Shown piece after piece: positions 48,769 through 58,108 of a stretch of 64,000 bases of DNA. A program made the position numbers and the translations under genes. The notes below the pieces were generated by a model. That model had not been told where the DNA came from. It ran no database searches and saw only the letters and a list, made by a program, of their open reading frames with translations. Positions within the stretch are counted from its first letter, which is position 1, and each line of letters opens with the position of its first letter. This DNA comes from Nitrospira sp. (GTDB taxonomy: Bacteria > Nitrospirota > Nitrospiria > Nitrospirales > Nitrospiraceae), in the NCBI GenBank assembly GCA_047150005.1, contig AP038806.1, positions 3,488,001 through 3,552,000 of the forward strand. Reading direction: 5' to 3'.

Positions 48769-49788
48769 TCACGACTGACTGACCAGATACAGAGCTCCGG
48801 TCGGCTGCGGTCGCCCGCCCGGAGGTTCCAAACTTACTGCGAACTTCTTGGTTCGTTCGAAATCGGGAAGGCGCTTGACCATGAGATGTGCGGTTTCTCC
48901 CGAGTCCATATGGAAGGTGCCGAGGCTCTTGGGTTTTTGGTCGATCGCCCACAGCTGATACATCGTCCCGTTGAGGCATTCCGGAAGATTGACCGCATAC
49001 AGCCATACTTTTTGGGTTTTGGCATCATACAGGAGAATGCCGGACGCATTCCTGGCCATCTCCGATCCGCCCAACGACACCACGCGGATGTTCGGCTGCC
49101 TCAGAAGCACCGCCAACTCATCCTGCGGAGTTCGTGCGCGCCCAGCCACGGTCGTCCGCGATGCGAGTTGCTGCTCCAAGCCCTCAAGTTCGGTCTCCCG
49201 TGCGATGAGTTGCTCCTTCAATTCCGCGATATCATGCGCGCGGCGCTCGCTGTCCCGCTCCAGTGCGGCGAAGGACCGGTCCCGCTCGGCGATGACCCGC
49301 TGCAGGCTCACGAGCTTGGTCGTTTGATCCTGCAGCGCGACTTCCAATTGCTCTATTTTGGCGGTGTCGGACGACAGTCGAGTCGTAAACGTCCATCCCA
49401 GATAGCCTGCAACCGTGACCAGCAGCACCGCGGCGATGCCGATTGCCCACGGCAGGGAGACCGAGCGGGCCGGTGTGATGGGCGGGAACAGGTGATTCAT
49501 CCACTCGCCTGGTTCGAGACTCGGTTTCGGTTCGTCCGTCTGCCCGTCCTCAAGGGCCGCCGCGACCGGATTGCGGGATGCCATGATTTTCGCCTTGAGC
49601 GTGCGAACCGGCGCAGTCTGAACCAGACCGAGCGGCAGTATCGCCGCAACTGCCTGATATTCCTTTAAGGCATGATGGCAGGATGCGCATCCAGACAGGA
49701 GATGCGCCTCCAATGTTTGGCGCTCGGCTCGATCCAACGCACCGGTGGCATACAGCGGCACGGTGTCTTCTATTTCTTCATGAGTCAT
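48769..49788 (-). CDS. anti-sigma factor (Zn-finger, TM, coiled coil, RskA-like domain)
   Basis: HLLSGCASC, single TM, YQLWAI, FAVSLEPPGG.PQPTG. Confidence 0.85.
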   Translation of the reverse strand: MTHEEIEDTVPLYATGALDRAERQTLEAHLLSGCASCHHALKEYQAVAAILPLGLVQTAPVRTLKAKIMASRNPVAAALEDGQTDEPKPSLEPGEWMNHLFPPITPARSVSLPWAIGIAAVLLVTVAGYLGWTFTTRLSSDTAKIEQLEVALQDQTTKLVSLQRVIAERDRSFAALERDSERRAHDIAELKEQLIARETELEGLEQQLASRTTVAGRARTPQDELAVLLRQPNIRVVSLGGSEMARNASGILLYDAKTQKVWLYAVNLPECLNGTMYQLWAIDQKPKSLGTFHMDSGETAHLMVKRLPDFERTKKFAVSLEPPGGRPQPTGALYLVSQS

Positions 49789-50387
49789 TCGTCATCACCC
49801 TGATCCCAGCAGTAACGGAGCGTGTCCCGCAGTTTGGACATGCCGAGCTTGATGCGTGTCTTGACCGTTCCGAGGGGTTGATTCAACCGTGCGGCGATTT
49901 CCATGTGGGATAGGCCTTCATAATACGCCAATTCGATCGCCTGCTGCTGGGCGGCCGGCAGACTCGCCATGGCCGACCCGACGGCAAGCCGCAGTTCCTG
50001 ATCCGCCTGAGTTTCGAACGGGCTGGGCCTCGTATCCTTGATCTGTGAGGCCGCGTCCTGCTCCAGCGAGGCGGTCGTCTGTTGACCGCGCGCCGCTCTC
50101 GCCCGCAGACGATCAATGGCGCGGCTTCGGGTCAACGTAATCAGCCATGCCACTGGCGTGCCTCGCCCCACGTCGTAGCGGGCCACTTTTCTCCAGACCT
50201 CCAAGTAGACGTCCTGGAGCAATTCCTCGGCATCTTCGCGGCTGCCGAGAATGCGGAGGGCGAGGGTATAGAGCAAGGTGCTCGACAGATCATAGAGTTG
50301 GCTGAATGCTTGCTGGTCCCCCTTGACGATGCGGGCGAACAGCGCCGGGTCGATCGTCGAGGTCGCGCGTCGAGCAGGTGTATCCAT
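49785..50387 (-). CDS. ECF RNA polymerase sigma factor (SigK-like)
   Basis: AEELLQDVY, AWL..RSRAIDRLR, LAYYEGLSHMEIA...PLGTVKTRI; overlaps the anti-sigma gene. Confidence 0.92.
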   Translation of the reverse strand: MDTPARRATSTIDPALFARIVKGDQQAFSQLYDLSSTLLYTLALRILGSREDAEELLQDVYLEVWRKVARYDVGRGTPVAWLITLTRSRAIDRLRARAARGQQTTASLEQDAASQIKDTRPSPFETQADQELRLAVGSAMASLPAAQQQAIELAYYEGLSHMEIAARLNQPLGTVKTRIKLGMSKLRDTLRYCWDQGDDE

Positions 50388-50513
50388 ACGTTGGAATCAG
50401 ACGGTAGGCCTGAGATGAGATCACCTCTCGCCCGCAACCACTATAGCATCTACGAACGGATTGACCAAAAAGATCTGTATTTAAATATTGGAGAACGTTG
50501 ACGAAAAGTTCGA

Positions 50514-51617
50514 TCAGCCGGCGGAAGGTCCAGGGAGTTCGAAGTAGCAGGCCAGATAGCGGGCGGCATCGGCTGCACCGCTGAAGGAAGGCGCCGCCGC
50601 CGGCATGTATTGGTATTCGACGGCCTCAAAGGCTTCCTCCCATCGCCCAGCCTGAAAGTCCTCGCGCGATAGCTCGCACGAGCGGCCGTACTGCCCGAGA
50701 AACTCGACCAAAGGTTGTTCATCGGCGAAATTGTAGCGCCGAACGTAGACCACGGGGACGCGGGCCGCGACGGCTTCCACCACGGTGCCGTATCCCGGCT
50801 TCGTCATGATCACGTCGACCGATGGAATGAGCGATCGGAAGCTGTAGGGCAGCGAGCCGAGGGAGCAGATCCGCGACGACCGGCGGGTGATCGGAGCATC
50901 CACAATGAAGCGGTATCCAGGCATGGCTTCCATGGCCTCCCAAGGAAGGGAGGTCAACGGAACGCCTCCGAAGCCGACCAGCACCAGCCGGTCATCGTCG
51001 AGAAGTTCTAATCGCTTCCGTAGCGCATTACGCACTGGAACGGCCGGTTCCGACACGGTGGCGATATCCGTCACGTTATGGAGGGGTGAGAGAGGCAGCC
51101 CTGGGGCGATGCGGAGGGCTGAACCGGCCGTGGCGTAATGGCTGCCGATCTGGGCCAGGATGTCACGCTGGTCCGGCCTGCTCCCATCAATGAAGGGAGT
51201 CAGGATCTCGTGCCACGTGAGATTGGCCAGGCAGACGGTCGGAACTTCGGCTTCCGCGCCGGCACGGAGAGCCAAATACGGCGTGTCCGCCACAATCACG
51301 CGCGGACCAGCCGAGCGAATCGCCTCCACTTCCCGTCGCAGGCGTGATGACCAGTCGGCATGAAACCCGGCGTGAGCCTCCCAGGTGGCGGCCACGTCGA
51401 TATGCATCGGCCCTTGCTGGATGCAGCCGATGTCCTGTTGAACCGGCTGAAGGGTCCAGGGAACTCTCAGACGGTCCGTAAAGAACGAAGCCGGTACGAG
51501 GGTCCGTAGAATGACCGCGAGATTCGGGACTATAGCGCTCAACGCATTGAGCACCGGAACGACCTGAGCGGCGTGGCCGTAACCGTGTCCTGAAATCGCT
51601 GCCCAGATTATCGGCAT
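50514..51617 (-). CDS. GT-B fold glycosyltransferase-like protein
   Basis: ISGHGYGHA, GFGG, TKPGYGTVVEA, R.NFADE. Confidence 0.7.
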   Translation of the reverse strand: MPIIWAAISGHGYGHAAQVVPVLNALSAIVPNLAVILRTLVPASFFTDRLRVPWTLQPVQQDIGCIQQGPMHIDVAATWEAHAGFHADWSSRLRREVEAIRSAGPRVIVADTPYLALRAGAEAEVPTVCLANLTWHEILTPFIDGSRPDQRDILAQIGSHYATAGSALRIAPGLPLSPLHNVTDIATVSEPAVPVRNALRKRLELLDDDRLVLVGFGGVPLTSLPWEAMEAMPGYRFIVDAPITRRSSRICSLGSLPYSFRSLIPSVDVIMTKPGYGTVVEAVAARVPVVYVRRYNFADEQPLVEFLGQYGRSCELSREDFQAGRWEEAFEAVEYQYMPAAAPSFSGAADAARYLACYFELPGPSAG

Positions 51618-51824
51618 GAGGACGTCGTGAACCGGGTCAGGACGGATACAGGATATGCGAGAGCGGATGCAGGATGCGCCGGCGTGGAAGGCCACCGGCT
51701 TCCGAAGACATGGGTGGAGAAAGGTGGGAAAGGCGACAGGGCACGGCGCGGACTCTTGAGTGTGAGCAGCAGGTGTCCGAGCCGCAACATCGGCGAGGAG
51801 CGCCTGGCTTCAACTGTTGGAGTA

Positions 51825-52658
51825 GAACCTATCTCAAAATGGTTGTGCTCATCAGAAAAGTGCCTATAATGCGCCCGCATGTTGCGCCTGCGCGACGACC
51901 AATGGGAGCGGATTCGGGAACATTTTCCCGAGGAACACATTCCCGAAGGCCGGCCCGGCCGCAAACCCGTGCCCGCCCGCGCGGTCTTGGAGGCCGTGCT
52001 GTGGATTCTGAACACCGGGGCGCAGTGGCACATGCTGCCGCAGTGCTATCCCAACTACAAAACGGTTCATCGCCGATTTCAGCAGTGGTGCGAACGCGAG
52101 GTGCTGCGCGAGATTCTCACGCAGTTGGCGAATACGCTGCGCGACGAGGGCGCCATCGACGAGCGCGAGAGTTTCATCGACGCGACGTTCGCGGCCGCCA
52201 AGGGCGGGGGCGACGCGGTGGGGCTCACGAAACGCGGCAAAGGCGTGAAGATCCTGGCGATTGTGGATCGTCATGGGTTGCCGCTCTCGGTCAGTACGCA
52301 CGCGGCCAATCATCATGAGGTCACATTGGTCCAACTCAGTTTCGACTTCTACATGCTGGAGGCCAAGCCCGAGCATCTCATCGGCGATCGGGCCTATGAC
52401 AGCGATGGGCTCGATGACGACCTCAAGCAAGGCGGCGTGAACCTGATCGCGCCGCACCGGTCCACCCGCAAACTCAAGACCCAGGACGGGCGCCACTTGC
52501 GCCGGTACCAACGCCGCTGGCTCGTCGAACGGTTCTTTGCGTGGCTCCAATGGAAGCGGCGGTTACTCGTACGTTGGGAATATTACGCCTCAAACTTCCT
52601 GGGGTTTGTGCAGCTCGCATCGATTACCATGCTCCTAAAGCAATTTTGAGATAGGTTC
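51825..52658 (+). mobile_element. IS5-family insertion sequence, 834 bp, TA target duplication
   Basis: Perfect 16-bp TIRs GAACCTATCTCAAAAT (51825-51840) and ATTTTGAGATAGGTTC (52643-52658), each flanked by TA. Confidence 0.92.
51879..52649 (+). CDS. IS5-family DDE transposase
   Basis: LWILNTGAQWHMLP, IDAT, GDRAYDS, RWLVERFFAWL; the stop lies inside the right TIR. Confidence 0.93.
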   Translation: MLRLRDDQWERIREHFPEEHIPEGRPGRKPVPARAVLEAVLWILNTGAQWHMLPQCYPNYKTVHRRFQQWCEREVLREILTQLANTLRDEGAIDERESFIDATFAAAKGGGDAVGLTKRGKGVKILAIVDRHGLPLSVSTHAANHHEVTLVQLSFDFYMLEAKPEHLIGDRAYDSDGLDDDLKQGGVNLIAPHRSTRKLKTQDGRHLRRYQRRWLVERFFAWLQWKRRLLVRWEYYASNFLGFVQLASITMLLKQF

Positions 52659-52846
52659 TAGTCTGATTCAAGGGGAGCGATGTTGTATTCCAACTCGAGA
52701 TCGAATTCTTCGACCAGCTGGTTGAAGGCCTGCGCCCCCATGTCGGAGCGGACCTCGTTCATAACGAGATCAATGACGGGAGCCGCATGCGGTCCGTACT
52801 GCGTCACGGCCGATTCGATCCGTTTCCTGGCGTCGTCGATCGTCAT
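52658..52846 (-). CDS. small acidic hypothetical protein (C-terminus clipped by the IS)
   Basis: 62-aa ORF whose stop codon is formed at the IS junction. Confidence 0.7.
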   Translation of the reverse strand: MTIDDARKRIESAVTQYGPHAAPVIDLVMNEVRSDMGAQAFNQLVEEFDLELEYNIAPLESD

Positions 52847-52864
52847 GATCTCACCGAATTCACG

Positions 52865-53182
52865 TCAAGGCAGCGTTCGAAGCAAAGCCTGCATCTCCGG
52901 TACCAGATCGACTCCGCCGTTGGACCGGCCGGACAGCGCCGCGTCGATCCCGGCCCGCAAAGCCGATTTGGCCTCATCCGGCTTGTTGAGTCCGATCAGC
53001 GCGCGTCCAAGCGCGAGGTGTGAGGCAACGTGGACCGGGTCCAATTGCACCGCCACCTTCAGATGGGTCGCGGCTTCCTCGTAACTGCCCTTTTCTTGGA
53101 GAAGTTTGTTTCCCAATCCATATCGGCCGAGGAATCCATTGGGATTCTTGGCCACCATCCGGCGAAAGGCTTCGATATCCAT
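52865..53182 (-). CDS. small TPR protein
   Basis: YGLG...A...L..AVQLDP...HLALGRAL TPR pattern; GGAG RBS. Confidence 0.75.
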   Translation of the reverse strand: MDIEAFRRMVAKNPNGFLGRYGLGNKLLQEKGSYEEAATHLKVAVQLDPVHVASHLALGRALIGLNKPDEAKSALRAGIDAALSGRSNGGVDLVPEMQALLRTLP

Positions 53183-53279
53183 GCGGGGTCTCCGTTCCGG
53201 CGCATCATACCATCGGCGCGGTGCTGCGGCCAGTCCCTACATGCTGTCTCCGACGGAAACGGGAAGACCTCGCGCGAAG

Positions 53280-54035
53280 CTAGCGGCCCGATTGAGTGAC
53301 CACGGGAACCAGCGGGACCGATGCAGAGCCCGAGTGTTTAGGTTTGACGGATACCGACCGGATGGGATTGTCGGGAAGCGGGGCGCTGCTGACGGTATAG
53401 AACGCGCTGTCCTGCACCAGCTGCTCCATGAGCGCGGTCAAGCAGGATTCGGTGACCAGGCCCTTCAGTTCGTCGATCATCAGCGGGGTCGCTCCGAAGA
53501 GGTGAAACCGGCTCGTGCCCGCCGACCGTCCTTCGTACCGCTTGATCTGTCCATCCCATCGCTCGAGTTCAAGCGTCATGTGGGAGGCATAGTCGTATTC
53601 CAAAGGAATCACGGGTGTGAGCAGGAACATCGATGCGCCGATCACGAGGCCCTTCCAGGCCGCGGCACCGGAATGCGGGTCCACGGCTTCGTCGATCACC
53701 AGTCGGGCGTGGATGGTTTTCCCCTGCGTCGATGCGCCGATATTCTCCGTGGAATCCGATCTGGAAAACAGTCCGATCTCTCGCAAGGAACCCAGAAGCC
53801 GCCGATCCGTGTCCTGCGATGGATTCTGCGGTGAGCCGTTCCTGATCAACTGGACGCGATCCAACAAGAGAGGAACCTGTTCCTGTTGCGCGATTGTTCG
53901 AGCCGTTCCGCGATGGGCGCGGGACGCCTCGTCGTCGGCCAATTCAATCCAACGTGAGCAAGCCGAGCTGAACAACAGCAGCACCGCCAACAGTCCGGCC
54001 CAGGTATTACCGGCTCGTATGCTCTTCACCCACAC
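53280..54035 (-). CDS. putative lipoprotein
   Basis: Hydrophobic leader with lipobox-like FSSAC; GTG start after AGGAGG. Confidence 0.65.
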   Translation of the reverse strand: MWVKSIRAGNTWAGLLAVLLLFSSACSRWIELADDEASRAHRGTARTIAQQEQVPLLLDRVQLIRNGSPQNPSQDTDRRLLGSLREIGLFSRSDSTENIGASTQGKTIHARLVIDEAVDPHSGAAAWKGLVIGASMFLLTPVIPLEYDYASHMTLELERWDGQIKRYEGRSAGTSRFHLFGATPLMIDELKGLVTESCLTALMEQLVQDSAFYTVSSAPLPDNPIRSVSVKPKHSGSASVPLVPVVTQSGR

Positions 54036-54038
54036 CTC

Positions 54039-54647
54039 CTAGAAGTAGAATGAGAACCCGATAAACGGGAGACTGGCATTGAGGCCCACATTTGGATATC
54101 TCGTGCCCGCATTGGAAATGTGCTGAAAGCGATAGCCGGCGTTGAGGGCCATCCGCGGCGTGACGAACCACGACAGACCAACCCCGGCGGTCAGGAGAAA
54201 ATTGAGGCGGGCGGATTCCTCCGGAACATAGCCGACCAGATCCGTGTAAAACGGTCCTCCGGCGAATTCGATATAGGGACGAAACGAATGGTACCCGCTG
54301 AAGAGATACTTGATCTTCGGTGTAAAGCCGATGCCGTGGGTCAGCACCGGCTCCTGAAACTGGATGTACACGATTTCCGCTCCGAGGAGGATCTGACCCT
54401 GGTACCAGCTTTTCCCGATCGGATCGGTCAAGACCATGCTCCACGAAGGCATGAGCGCGGGGCCTTGTTGCTTTGTCGAATGGTCGCTGGTGAGACGGAC
54501 GGATATCAGATAGCCCGCCGTGAAACCCACTTCCTGAGTTCCGAACCGTAGTCCGGCTCCAGACTCTTCGGTCTGCGCGAGCGACGGCGTGAATCCCGCC
54601 GTCAGCAGAAGGATGAAAGCGATGATGCCCCGTCGTGGTCGTGTCAT
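54039..54647 (-). CDS. PagL-like outer-membrane beta-barrel (lipid A 3-O-deacylase / acyloxyacyl hydrolase family)
   Basis: Signal peptide; YRFQHISNAG...NVGLN; terminal aromatic residue (FSFYF). Confidence 0.8.
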   Translation of the reverse strand: MTRPRRGIIAFILLLTAGFTPSLAQTEESGAGLRFGTQEVGFTAGYLISVRLTSDHSTKQQGPALMPSWSMVLTDPIGKSWYQGQILLGAEIVYIQFQEPVLTHGIGFTPKIKYLFSGYHSFRPYIEFAGGPFYTDLVGYVPEESARLNFLLTAGVGLSWFVTPRMALNAGYRFQHISNAGTRYPNVGLNASLPFIGFSFYF

Positions 54648-54795
54648 TCAGCATCTCGGCCCTGTGTCGGCAGGGAAATTGGCCGGCGTGTATTGCACCG
54701 TGAGCGGTGAGGCCTACAGTAACAAAGTATTTCGGGAAGTCCAGAAAGTGAAAGAAACCCGCAAGGAAAATCCCGATGCGGGAAGGAGGAAAGGA

Positions 54796-55557
54796 CTACG
54801 ACGACTGCAATTGTTTCAGGCGGCGGACGTCGTCCGCTTCATCCGGGAGGTGATAGCGGCGGTCGATCATGATCACTCGTTCGAGGCAGCCGCGCGCCGA
54901 GACGGCGTCGCCTCGCCGCTGGTACACCGATGCGAGTAGGCGGATCACGGCGGCCTCGGCCGGCTCGTGCCCGAGCCGCACGTAATGCTCGGAGGCATTG
55001 TTCAGGCAACGCTCCGCGCCGGTCAGCTCGCCGCGCTGAAGATAGCACCTGCCCATCTGACTGTACGTGACGGCCAGGCCTTCCTCGTTGCCCACGATGC
55101 GGTGGTGGTCAAGAGCGAGGCGGAACGACGCGTCGGCCTGCTCCCATTGTTCTTCCCGGGCATCCTGCAGTGCGAGGTTGTTGTAGAGAATTCCCAACGC
55201 CCGATGGTCGTTCAGCTCCAACAGCATATCCAGGGCTTCCAGATAATATGGGCGGGCCTTCTCCTGATAATCCGTACCCACGTGCAGATTGCCGAGATTG
55301 ACCAGCGTGTGCGCAATCGCGTGCGCATCTGGCTCCTCGCGCTGGATGGCGAGCACTTCCCGATAACATCGTTCCGCTCGATCCAAGTCGTTGAGGAGCG
55401 CGCAGGTGTTGCCCAGATTGCCGAGCGATCCCGACAACCCGCGGCGGTTGCCGGTGCGGCGGTCCTCGTCCACCGCAGCCTCCCAGGCCTCGCGGGCATG
55501 AACAAGATCCCCGCGATGAAGGAAAATCCGAGCCCGGTGCTTGTGGTCTTCAGCCAT
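54796..55557 (-). CDS. TPR-repeat protein
   Basis: Repeated LGNLG, LVNLG, YNNLA, YSQMG helices; GAGG before the ATG at 55557. Confidence 0.8.
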   Translation of the reverse strand: MAEDHKHRARIFLHRGDLVHAREAWEAAVDEDRRTGNRRGLSGSLGNLGNTCALLNDLDRAERCYREVLAIQREEPDAHAIAHTLVNLGNLHVGTDYQEKARPYYLEALDMLLELNDHRALGILYNNLALQDAREEQWEQADASFRLALDHHRIVGNEEGLAVTYSQMGRCYLQRGELTGAERCLNNASEHYVRLGHEPAEAAVIRLLASVYQRRGDAVSARGCLERVIMIDRRYHLPDEADDVRRLKQLQSS

Positions 55558-55591
55558 GATCGAGGAGCATGATGCCGCGGAACGGCCGGCC

Positions 55592-55806
55592 CTAGCCCAC
55601 ATTATTCATGACGGTTCGTGACGAAACCGCCGAGACGCCAGGCGAGACGGGCACGCGGAGTCCCGCGCAGCCGAGGCGTACTCGTGCAGTACGTTGAGGC
55701 CGCGTGGGGCGAGCCTGCCCGCTGGCCGCGCGAAGCTCGCGGCCAGGCTTGTCGTAGCGGCGTGTCGGCGGTTGCAGTAGAAGCGCTCATGAATAATGTG
55801 GGCTAG
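55592..55806. mobile_element. MITE-like non-autonomous element, 215 bp
   Basis: Perfect 20-bp inverted repeats CTAGCCCACATTATTCATGA (55592-55611) and TCATGAATAATGTGGGCTAG (55787-55806); internal palindromes; no credible ORF. Confidence 0.8.
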
Positions 55807-56225
55807 TCTCCGCCCTTCGGCGTGTCTCTTCTGAACTCGACCGCGATGTCGTCTTCTTCCGCCAGGCCGAGCCCCGCGCGAAACGATTCGCGTAGTTCGG
55901 TCACACAGTCGATATCACGTGGGTCCTTGCCGATGGGCGAACCGAGGTAGGACTCGCACAGCGTGAGGCCGGTCCGGAAATGACGGGGGATCGTTTCTTC
56001 GGTGACTTGTTGCCACGTGATGTAGATGCAGAACGCTTGGAAGGCATCGGCGTTCGGATGCGTCGCCGCGAGGACGAGCAGGTGCTCGTAGGCCTCGCGC
56101 GCCGCGGCTCCGGCGCAGGAGGAAAACTGATCTTCGAGGTCTACCGCCGTGAGCCAATCGGGGCCGAGTTGCGCTTGCGATCGTTGAAAGGCCTCACGGG
56201 CGGCCAGAGCGGCATCAAATTGCAT
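55803..56225 (-). CDS. hypothetical protein
   Basis: Starts MQFDAALAARE...; the longer ORF-track version overlaps the divergent gene, so the start is placed at 56225. Confidence 0.6.
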   Translation of the reverse strand: MQFDAALAAREAFQRSQAQLGPDWLTAVDLEDQFSSCAGAAAREAYEHLLVLAATHPNADAFQAFCIYITWQQVTEETIPRHFRTGLTLCESYLGSPIGKDPRDIDCVTELRESFRAGLGLAEEDDIAVEFRRDTPKGGD

Positions 56226-56327
56226 CGTGAGAGCATACTCACGGCGTCCGGTCAGGTCAATGTGTGAACGGACCGCCAGCGCATTTACTTCGGCATGGAC
56301 GCTTTGTACACTGGCGATACATCCGCA

Positions 56328-58076
56328 ATGAACGAAGGCCATTCCCCGATATCGCCGTCGGAGCCTCCGGCTTCCGATCCGATCGACGAGGTCGTCCGGT
56401 ATCACAACAGGACGAAGCATCACTTCCATCGCTATGCCCGCTCCATGGGCTATCTGGATTGGGGGAATCAGCCGGATCCGTTTCGACGCTTCGACGGAGC
56501 CGAGCTCATCCGGCTCCCCTTGCTCGCTCACGACGAGGATCCGGCGTCGCCTCCCTATCACGCGCTGTTTGATGCCCGCGACATCGTCGTTCACCCGCTG
56601 ACCGTGCGAAGTCTGTCCCGATTCCTTGAGCTGGCGCTCGCACTCTCGGCATGGAAACGGGCGGGAGAATCGGAATGGGCGCTTCGGAGCAATCCGTCAT
56701 CCGGCAATCTGCATCCGACCGAGGGCTATGTTCTGCTCCCGTCCACGTGCGAGCCAGACTTTCCAGCCGGCCTGTATCACTATGCACCCAGAGAACATGG
56801 GCTGGAGCGGCGGGCCGAGTGTTCAGCCGATCGGGTGGCTCAGCTCCTTGCGCCGTTTCCGGCCCAGGCATTCATTTTGGGATTGACCTCGGTCCATTGG
56901 CGGGAGGCCTGGAAGTATGGTGAGCGCGCCTTCCGCTATTGTCAGCACGACGTCGGGCACGCGATCGGGGCAGCCCGGATCTCTGCCGCCACGCTGGGGT
57001 GGAGAATGGTGCTGTTAGACGGCATCGCACAGGACACCGCCGGGCTTCTGCTTGGCACCAACCGCCGAGAAGATTTTGAGGGTGCCGAACAAGAGAATCC
57101 CGATTGTCTGGCCCTGATCTGGCCGACGGAGACGGGTACGTCTCGCCAAACTGCGACGATTCCGCTGTTCGTGGAGCCGGCGGCAGCCCTCGCGGTGGCG
57201 GAGGGACGATGGGCTGGACGGGCGAATCGCTTGAGCCGAGAACATGCAGTCCATTGGGACGTGATCGACGAGGCTGCCGCCGCTTCGTGGAAGCATGAGG
57301 ACGATCGGCGGAAGATCCAGGCGGCGGTCTCTGATGGATGCCCGGCCGGCGAGGTGATCGACGGCGGGGTGTCTGTCCCGGCGGCGCAGATTATCCGTCA
57401 GCGCCGGAGTGCCGTGGCGTTCGACGGCAGGACGTCGATGTCCTCCGCCCGCTTTTTCCGCATGCTGCGGCTCGTGATGCCTCGAACGAATAGCGGGCAG
57501 TTGGACCGCACCGTGCCGTGGGATGTCTGGCCGTATGAGCCGGCGGTTCATCTCATGCTGTTCGTGCATCGGATCGACGGCCTCACGCCGGGACTGTATT
57601 TCCTTCTGCGCGACCCCGCCAAGTTGTCGTTCGTCCAAGATTCCATGAATCCCGAGCTGGTGTGGAGTAAAGCGCCGGGGGCACCGGATGATCTGCCTCT
57701 TTATTGGTTGCTCGAGGGGGATGCGAAGAAACTCGCCGTCCAAGTGAGCTGCCATCAGGACATCGCCGGTGACGGTGCATTCTCTTTCGGCATGTTCGCC
57801 GAGTTCGAGGGGCGCTTGCGAAAAGACGGCGCCTGGTGGTATCCACGATTGTTCTGGGAAGCGGGATTGCTGGGCCAGGTTCTCTACCTTGACGCAGAAG
57901 AAGCGGGAGTACGGGCGACCGGTATCGGATGTTTTTTCGACGATCCGGTTCACGAGATCCTTGCGGTGAAGCCGATGGTCCTCCAGTCTCTCTATCACTT
58001 CACCGTCGGTGGGCCGATCGAAGACCGTCGCCTCTTGACTTTGCCGCCATACTATCATCTTCATAGAAATAAATAG
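56328..58076 (+). CDS. SagB/ThcOx-type nitroreductase-family protein (two domains)
   Basis: YHNRTKH, RSNPSSGNLHPTE, WKYGERAFRY, IRQRRSA, ATGIGCFFDD. Confidence 0.85.
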   Translation: MNEGHSPISPSEPPASDPIDEVVRYHNRTKHHFHRYARSMGYLDWGNQPDPFRRFDGAELIRLPLLAHDEDPASPPYHALFDARDIVVHPLTVRSLSRFLELALALSAWKRAGESEWALRSNPSSGNLHPTEGYVLLPSTCEPDFPAGLYHYAPREHGLERRAECSADRVAQLLAPFPAQAFILGLTSVHWREAWKYGERAFRYCQHDVGHAIGAARISAATLGWRMVLLDGIAQDTAGLLLGTNRREDFEGAEQENPDCLALIWPTETGTSRQTATIPLFVEPAAALAVAEGRWAGRANRLSREHAVHWDVIDEAAAASWKHEDDRRKIQAAVSDGCPAGEVIDGGVSVPAAQIIRQRRSAVAFDGRTSMSSARFFRMLRLVMPRTNSGQLDRTVPWDVWPYEPAVHLMLFVHRIDGLTPGLYFLLRDPAKLSFVQDSMNPELVWSKAPGAPDDLPLYWLLEGDAKKLAVQVSCHQDIAGDGAFSFGMFAEFEGRLRKDGAWWYPRLFWEAGLLGQVLYLDAEEAGVRATGIGCFFDDPVHEILAVKPMVLQSLYHFTVGGPIEDRRLLTLPPYYHLHRNK

Positions 58077-58108
58077 TTGAGTAATCCATATGATAGAGAC
58101 AATTATCC

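Noticed and set aside
51640..51680. GGATACAGGATAT / GGATGCAGGATGC short repeats
   Set aside because: Too short and degenerate to support a call.
56328..58076. RiPP (TOMM) cluster around the SagB-type dehydrogenase
   Set aside because: No YcaO/E1 cyclodehydratase or Cys/Ser-rich precursor nearby; stand-alone members are common.
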